NCBI GenBank assembly: GCA_030324005.1
Contig: JARDVH010000031.1
Location: 38,473,784-38,537,679 of the forward strand
Direction of reading: 5' to 3'
From: Negaprion brevirostris
Lineage: Eukaryota
Length of the DNA: 63,896 bases
Below are positions 51,501-60,500 of this stretch, one piece after another. How positions within the stretch are numbered: the first letter of the stretch is position 1; the number at the start of each line of letters is the position of its first letter. The position numbers and the translations under genes are program-made. Under the pieces are notes generated by a model. The model did no database searches, had not been told where the DNA came from, and saw nothing but the letters and a program-made list of their open reading frames with translations.

Positions 51501-54500
51501 TCACTGCTGCAAGTTTAATTGCTTTATAAGGAAATAGAATGTTAGTTTTTCAGTAACTTGCTATAATGCATTTATAGCCGAGATATATTAATAAATTCAG
51601 TGAGCTTGTGCAACAAACAATTCTAATTTCCCCATTAATTCTTATTAATATTTGGGAGCCACAAATCAGGCATGCAGTTTTCAATGCCTGATTCTCCAAT
51701 CAGTAATCTGTCAAATGTGGCTTTACAGTGGAAGCAGAGCCTTACTGAATTGAAACTATATTTTCTATTTTAATTACACAACTTTTTGACTAAAATTATA
51801 ACATTTCCCCCCCAACCCCCCAACAGAGGCCCCAGAGATTCATCTTGATGTTAAGCTATTGGCCGGCATTACTGTGAAGGCTGGGACAAAGATTGAGCTC
51901 CCAGCTTTTATCTCTGGCAAACCTACTCCAAAAATTACGTGGACAAAAGCTGAGCACTTGCTGAAGCCTGATGACAGACTAACTATCGAGACAAAGCCTG
52001 ATAGTTCCACTGTGACAGTCGTAAACACCAAAAGGAGTGACAGCGGTCCTTATCTTATTGAAGCAGTAAACACCAGTGGCCGTGCCACTGCTGTTGTTGA
52101 AGTCAATATTCTAGGTAATTCAAATGTTAAGATTCCTTTTATCAACTTAAGTAAAGCTTGAAATAAATTAATTCTCTTAAACATGTACTGACTGGTTCCT
52201 TTGTTTACAGACAAACCTGGACCACCAGCTGCATTTGATATCACTGATATTACAAATGAAACCTGCACCTTGACATGGAATCCACCCAGAGATGATGGTG
52301 GTTCACGCATTACAAACTATATCATGGAATGTAAAGCAGGAACTAGTGAAATATGGAATAAGCTCTCATCCACCATCAAAGAAACAAAATTCAAGGCAAC
52401 AAACCTTACACCATTGAAAGAATATACATTTAGAGTTAGTGCTGAAAACATGTATGGTGTTGGAGAACCATCTCAGCATGCTCCAATTATAGCTAAATAT
52501 AGTTTTGGTAAGGAAAATATAATTTTCTGTATTATAATTGTAACATTTGTTACATAATTTGTACATAGTATGTCATTTTGATTTTTTAAATTCCTGGGAA
52601 ATGTGATTGTCTGTTAGATCCACCTGGTCCTCCAACGCGTCTACAAGGTTCAGATATTGCCAAGGATTCTCTTACATTGACATGGTATGAACCAGATGAT
52701 GATGGTGGCAGCCCAATCACTGGATATTTTGTTGAAAGATTTGATCCAGAGACTGACAAATGGATTAGATGTAATAAGGTTCCTGTCAAAGATACAACTT
52801 TCAGGTATTTATGACAATGATGATTTACACATGAACCAAATTTTATAAAGCTCAATAATAGGTTATGATAACTGTCATATTATAATAATGATTTGATTAG
52901 AGGTAGTTAATCTCCCATGGCAGTTCTCTTGGTGAAACTTAAAAAAAACTTCCTCTATAAAGGGCTTCTTGTTTCACATGTTAAAGTCTCTCTTTTTCTC
53001 TTCACTTTGATACATGCTTATTGCCTTGTCTACCACCCCTAATTCAAAGTGGAGGCCCCTACTTGGAATCTTAATGGCTGAGCTACTCATATGATCTGAC
53101 AGGTGTTAATTGTTGCACAAACCGAATCCCATAGGAAAACTTGGCTCTGGTAATAAGATGATAAATTTACTGAATTCAGAAGCCACAAATTCCAGTTACC
53201 CTTTCCGAATTTAAAATATCTTATCAACAGAAGAAAAAGAAAACTTAACACTCAAGATTACTTTTACACGGTTACAATTATTTGTATAAAACATTCTCCC
53301 AAAAAGACTTCTGACTTGGTCAGGCTCACAAGTAAACACTCTTTGCATAACAATCTGTTTTAACTATAAACATTTCAGTCGTATTACCATAAACCAAACC
53401 CGCAATTACTGTAGGAAATATATATCTCAGGGCTTCTCACTCACTCACACTCTACTGTGGAAATCCAAGAAACTTCAAAACAAAGCCCTGCTTTCTGAGA
53501 AACAGGCACTGGCTGGAATGGTTCCTTTAGCTCTTTTCCCAACACAGAGCAGCACCCCAGTACGTCTCATACAGCCACTTCAGTTATGCTCTCAAAACGT
53601 CTATTCAAATATTCCTTTTTCTTCTTTCATCTTTGATGCCCTGTTAATGCACCTTGGGACATTTTACTTTATTAAATACATTATACAAATATAAACTGTT
53701 TCTAAGTGATCTTCTGATTAATTGCTGAACTTATGAATGGTGACTTATGATTGATTAGTTTTATTAAGGCATGAAAGGAAGGAAGGTTTAGTTGAAATGT
53801 GACTGATCAGAATTGTTTGCGCAGCGGTGGAATGTAATTGCTGAAAGCTGCCAACAATTAACCAATTAGCAAGAACAAAGACAATCTTGCCATTATGGTC
53901 ATTGCAGATGTCAAAGAATTAGATAGATGCTGTCAGACAAACTAATGTGTGCCCGTACATTTTTGCAATCAACAGAGTGAAAGGACTAACTCCGAAGAAG
54001 AAGTATAAGTTCCGTGTTTTGGCAGAGAACCTAGCAGGCACTGGCAAACCTAGCAATGAAACAGACCCAATCCTAGTGAAGGATCCTATAGGTATGTATA
54101 CAATTGGCTCATCAAATGAAGCTTCATAACATTTTATGTTAGGGTAAATTTTGCCGGACTCTTCGCCAGCAACATGCAACCAGCCAAATCAGAAATTCAC
54201 ATAGTTTTTCACTATGCACTGGCTCTGTGTAAGGCCTGATAGAATTGACCAATATTTTTCCTGTAAATTCACTTATAGACCCACCATGGCCCCCTGGAAA
54301 GCCTAATGTTAAAGATGTCATGAAGACTTCAGCGTTCTTAACTTGGAATAGGCCAGAACATGATGGAGGGGCAAAGATTGAGTCTTACATTGTTGAATTG
54401 CTGAAGAGTGGAACAGACGAATGGGTGAGAGTAGCTGACGGCATTCCCAGCACTGAATATTTCTTGAAAGGGCTTATGGAAAAACAAGAATACTCATTCC

Positions 54501-57500
54501 GTGTTAGAGCTGTTAACAAAGTTGGGGAAAGCGAACCCAGTGAACCCAGCGATCCTGTGCTGTGCAAGGACAGATTGAGTAAGTTGCACTCAATTTATGT
54601 ATTTTGTATATCACATAGCAGCCTTCAATTACCAAATTAATGCAAAAAGTCATAATCTTTTGAGTATGAGGATTGTTTTCTTCTCCACAGATCCTCCTTC
54701 GCCTCCACGCTGGCTTCAAGTTGTTAATATCACAAAAAGTACTGCGGATCTTAAATGGACAGCTCCAGAAAAGGATGGTGGTTCTCCAATAACGAACTAT
54801 ATTGTGGAAAAAAGAGATGTAAGAAGAAAGGGTTGGCAGACTGTTGACACAACAATAAAAGACACCAACGCTACAGTGACACCTCTTTCAGAAGGTTCTC
54901 TGTATGTATTCAGGGTCGCTGCAGAAAATGCAGTTGGACAGAGTGAATACTGCGAACTGGAAGATTCAGTACTTGCCAAAGATACCTTCAGTAAGCTAAT
55001 TTATGCATATTATTTCCCTGTGTATAATAATTTATTTCTTTGAATTATTTTTATCTTACATATACATTTTGATTTTTCTCAAGCAACACCTGGACCACCT
55101 TATGCTCTTACGGTTGTTGATGTAACCAAGAGGCACGTTGAACTGAAATGGGAAGCTCCCAAAAATGATGGTGGAAGACCAATACAGAGGTCAATATCGT
55201 TATTTTTTTATCCAGTGCATTTTCTGAAAATCTCTTTCTTTCTGATAATGTGCATTAATGAATGCTATTGAATGTTCATATAGGTATGTAATTGAAAAGA
55301 AAGAGAAGTTAGGAACTCGCTGGGTTAAAGCTGGGAGGACTCCAGGACCAGAATGCAACTTTAGAGTCACTGATGTTATTGAGGGCACTGAAGTACAATT
55401 CCAAGTCCGTGCTGAAAATGAAGCTGGCTGTGGACATCCAAGTGAACCAACTGATATGCTTACAATTGAAGACCCAACTAGTGAGTAGAAAGTGATATTA
55501 AGAATGTTATAATATGAGTCCCCTTAGTTTGAAAACAAATAGCAGATAACATTTAATTTTTATTTTGTGTCTAGGTCCTCCATCTCCGCCTCTTGAATTA
55601 CATGTTACAGATGCAAGCAGAGAACACATATCAATTGAATGGAAGCCACCAGATAAAAATGGTGGCAGCCCTATTATTGGTTATCATGTTGAAATTTGCG
55701 AAGCAGGAACAGAGAAGTGGATGAGAATTAATTCTCGCCCAGTAAAGGAACTGAAATACAAAGCAGTAGAAGGCATTATCCCTGAAAAGGAATATGTCTT
55801 GAGAGTTAGAGCTGTTAATGCCATTGGAGCAAGTGATCCATCAGAAATTTCAGAAAATGTCATAGCAAAGGATTCTGACTGTAAGTACAGCTTTCTTTTG
55901 AAATTATCCCTTTTTTGGTCTTAAACTGTTGTTTTTCCATAAATAGAATTAACTTTTCCAATAGACTTAAAAATATACTTATTTTAATAGGTAATCCAAG
56001 TATCGAACTACAGACTCAAGATATAACTGTTGTGGAGGGTGAGAAATTGAACATCCATGTACCTTTTAGAGCTGTACCAACACCAACAATTTCATGGTTT
56101 AAGGATGGAAAGGAATTCAAAACAGATGACAGAATGACCATGAAGAGTGCCTATACTCTTGCATCCCTTGAGATTACAAAGAGTGTTCATGCTGATGCTG
56201 GTGTCTATACTGTTACTTTGGAGAACAAACTGGGTTCAACGACAGGAACCATTCATGTTAAAGTCATCGGTAATAATCTGAAGTGAAATGGAGGGAAACT
56301 TCCTTATTTATTACCTGGTCTGAAAAGTTTATTTTTAGATTAAAATATGTTTTCCTTTGTTTTAATTCAGGATTGCCTGGTCAGTGTAAAGATATCAAAG
56401 CAAGTGATGTCACCAAGAGTTCTTGCAAAATCACTTGGGATCCTCCAGACTATGATGGCGGCAGTCCAATTTTGCACTATGTTCTACAACGTCGGGAGGC
56501 TGGTAGAAGAACATATACACCAGTAATGTCGGGTGAGAATAAACTGAGCTGGCCAGTAAAGGACCTTATTCCAAATAGTGAATACTATTTCCGTGTAAAG
56601 GCTGTTAACAAAATTGGTGGTGGTGAATACACTGAGCTTCGCAACCCAGTAATTGCAGAGGATCAAAAGCGTAAGTATTTTGGGGAAAAAAGTCATCGCT
56701 TAACAACATGTATCTATTTAGCCTGCAGTCATTGTCACATTTTGAATCTGATTAATTGATGCTTTAAATTTTCCACAGAACGCCCTGATCCACCAATTGA
56801 TCTTGAGGTCCAGGATCCAACATCAAAATCAGCAACATTGACTTGGAAACCACCTCTTTATGATGGTGGCTGTAAGATCACGGGCTATATCATAGAAAAG
56901 ATAGCTAAAGGAGGTGAAAAATGGGAGAGATGCAATGAGTACTTGGTTCCAGTTCTGTCATATACTGTAAAAAATCTTGAGAAAGGAAATGAATATCAGT
57001 TCCGTGTGCGTGCTGAGAATATTGCTGGAATTAGTGATCCTTCAAGAATTACACCAGGAATCAAAGCTGTAGATCCGGTTGGTGAGTATTTTTTTTCATG
57101 TGAAGCTTTGGAAAATCATTAACTGGATCAAAATTTGACTCCTTCATTTTTATAAATGACCGGCTGAGAAAACAATGTGCACCAATTTCAAGGCTGAACA
57201 ATTAAATAATGGGAAATCAATATTATTTACAATTATTCTGCTTTTCTGTACAGATCCACCAAAGGTCTTCCTCGTTGGAAACCTTCAGTTTGGATTAAAT
57301 GTCAGAAGGGGTGATGAGATTAATCTTCTAGCCCGTATATCTGGTTCTCCTTATCCAACTGTGACATGGCTTCGAAATGATATAGAAATCAGACCTGAAG
57401 AAATCAAAAAGAGAGTAACAAAAATACTTCCAGCTAAGAAGAAGGCAGATGTCGTAGAGGAGGAGGTCTTTTCTCTCAGTTTACCAGAACGTTTAACTGT

Positions 57501-60500
57501 TGATAACAGCAGAACAGGAGAGTCTGAAATTATGGTTCGGGATTCCATCAGGAAAGACTATGGAAAGTTTACAGTCAAAGTAGAAAATGATCATGGTGTT
57601 GCCCATGCTAGTTGTGATGTTAATGTCCTCGGTAAGACCTTACACAAATTCTTTCATGGACGTAACAATATTATTTTTACAAGATGTTGAAAAGGTGCAA
57701 ACATTTACTGCTGTTACTACGAATGTAATTTATGAATTTTGTATTTGGCGTTCTAGACACACCTGGCCCACCAGTCAACTTCATATTTGAGGAAGTCAGA
57801 AAAGATTCAGTCATCTGTAAATGGGAGCCTCCTTTGGACAATGGTGGCAGTGAGATTCTTAACTATATCTTGGAGAAGAAAGATAATTCCAAACCTGGAA
57901 TCAGCTGGATTACTGCAACAACAACTCTTAGACACTGCATGTATCACGTAACAAAACTTATTGAAGGGAAAGAGTACCTTTTCCGTGTGGCAGCTGAAAA
58001 TAAATATGGTCCTGGTCCATTTTGTGTTACAAAGCCTCTTTTGGCCAAAAATCCATTTGGTAAGCTTTTCCTGTTATTTGTCAAAATCAACATAGTATAA
58101 GATGCAATACTTAAATGCTACGTTAAAATTTTATTTGTCACAAACTTTGTTTAAAAAATGACCTTATTAATATAATATAGTTTACAACTACATTGCCAAT
58201 GATATTTGATGTTGGATTGTTAATACCTGTACAGCAGTATACATATCCTTGTCATTCCTTATTTAGAACCTCCTGAAGCACCTGATAAACCTGAAGTAGT
58301 GGATACTACTAGAAATAGTATGGTTGTTACATGGAAAGAACCAAAAGATAACGGTAGTCCGATTATAGGCTACTGGATTGAAAAAAGAGAAATTAACAGC
58401 ACACATTGGACTCGTGTTAACAAAAACTTGATAAATGCTCTAGAAGCAAAGGCAGAAGGCCTCATGGAGGGGTTAACGTATCTATTCAGAGTCTGTGCAG
58501 AAAATGCAGCTGGTCCTGGAAAATTCAGTTTACCTTCAGATCCCAAGATAGCACGGGACCCGATTTGTAAGTATTGGTTCAACAATAGCTGATAAACTAA
58601 AAAGCACATTTTAATGCATCTCTTATTTATTTTACAATTAATAATTTTTTTTCACTTTTAAGTGCCACCTGGGCCACCAATACCAAGTATCCTAGATACA
58701 AGCGCAACATCAATAGATGTAACCTGGGTTCCTCCTACCTATGATGGTGGTGGTGACATCATTGGTTATTTCGTCGACAAGCAACTTGTTGGATCAAAGG
58801 AATGGTCACGCTGCACAGAAAGACCAGTTAAAGATTGCAAGTTTACAGTCTTTGGGGTTAGAGAAGATGCAGATTATATTATTCGCGTGACAGCAGTCAA
58901 TAATGCTGGGGAAGGAGCTCCTGGCCTCACTCAACCTATAACTGTAATGGATCCAAAAGGTATTAAAAATTAAGCAATTATCTAGTAACTAGTTTATATC
59001 TTTTGGTTTTCTCTCTGTTTTTAATAAAACACATCTTGTTTTAATAGAGCCTCCAGTGGTAGAGTTTGATGAAAGCGTAAGAGCAGGCGTCCTAAAACAA
59101 GCTGGAGAAGTACTCAGACTTCCTGCCACTGTAACAGGCCGACCAACTCCAGAAATTAAGTGGACCAAGGACGAAGTAAAAGTTGATGAAAATCATGTTG
59201 TTATTGAAACAGTTGGTACCAGGACAGAGTTAATTATAAAAAATGCACAAAGAAGCGATTTTGGCAGATATGTGGTCAGTGGAACAAATAGTAGTGGCTC
59301 CAAATCTGCATGGACTCGAGTGGATATCGTAGGTAAGTCACGTGCTGAAGAAATAGACATAAAATAGATTGGAATTCTATGTAGATACCTTCATTAAATC
59401 TAAATGTTATCCCACTTTTTTCTTTCAGATGTGCCTGGCCCTATACTGGATCTAAAACCTGTTGTTGTTACAAGAAAGATGATGTTACTTAACTGGTCTG
59501 AACCTATTGATGATGGTGGTAGTGATATCATTGGCTATGTTATTGAGAAAAAGGATGCTAAAATGCACTCTTGGAGACAACCAATGGAGACAGAGAAATC
59601 CAAATGCGATATTGTTGGTCTTCTTGAAGGACAGGAATATATGTTCCGTATTTGTGCTAAAAATAAATATGGCTGTGGTCCTGCTTCTATACTTGGACCT
59701 ATTGCTGCAGTTGATCCCCTAAGTAAGATATAAGGAAAGTAGGAAAATTAAATAATTTTTGTTCATTAATGTCACATGTTTGAATTGAAAATGTATTTTG
59801 ATTATAGGTCCACCAACGTCTCCTGAGAAATTTACATACACAGACAGGACAAAGTCAACAGTCACACTTCAGTGGAAGCCTCCAAGAAATGATGGTGGCC
59901 GACCTGTTTTAGGGTACTACGTTGAAAAGAAAAGACATGACCAGCCTAAATTTGAGAGAGTTAACCAAATAGCTTGCCCTGATACAAATTTTGTGGTTGA
60001 AGATCTAGAGGATCTAAACATGTATGATTTCCGTGTCAGAGCTATCAATGAAATTGGAGAAAGTGAACCATCAATTACTATTAATGTAATTGTGCAAGAT
60101 GATGAAAGTACGTGCATTTAGTTGTTATGTCTTGTGCTATTGACCTTTTCATGTATGATTTTCTTCCAAATTTTAATACTTTTGTAACATTTTTGTTCAT
60201 ATTTGATTTGCTTAACAGTGCCGCCAATTGTGAGACTGCAACTGAAAGTTAAGAAAACCGTTATAGCTGTGAAAGCTGGTGAACCAATTGACATTCCAGC
60301 TGAAGTGGAAGGCCTTCCTTTACCCAAAATTGAATGGAGTAAAGCAGAGGCTGTAATAGAGAAACCAACTGACCGACAGAAGATAGAAACTAAAGTAGTA
60401 TCAAGAACGAATGCGCTGACCAAGTTTAGTATTCCTGCAACTGATCGAAAGGATACAGCTACTTACACTATTACAGCCTCCAACCGCCTAGGAACAGCAT

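Noticed and set aside
57385-57490. Long charged insertion in Ig A4 as a novelty
   Set aside because: Human titin has a comparable insertion (PEEIKKR...EEE.F.L.L) in this domain, as recalled
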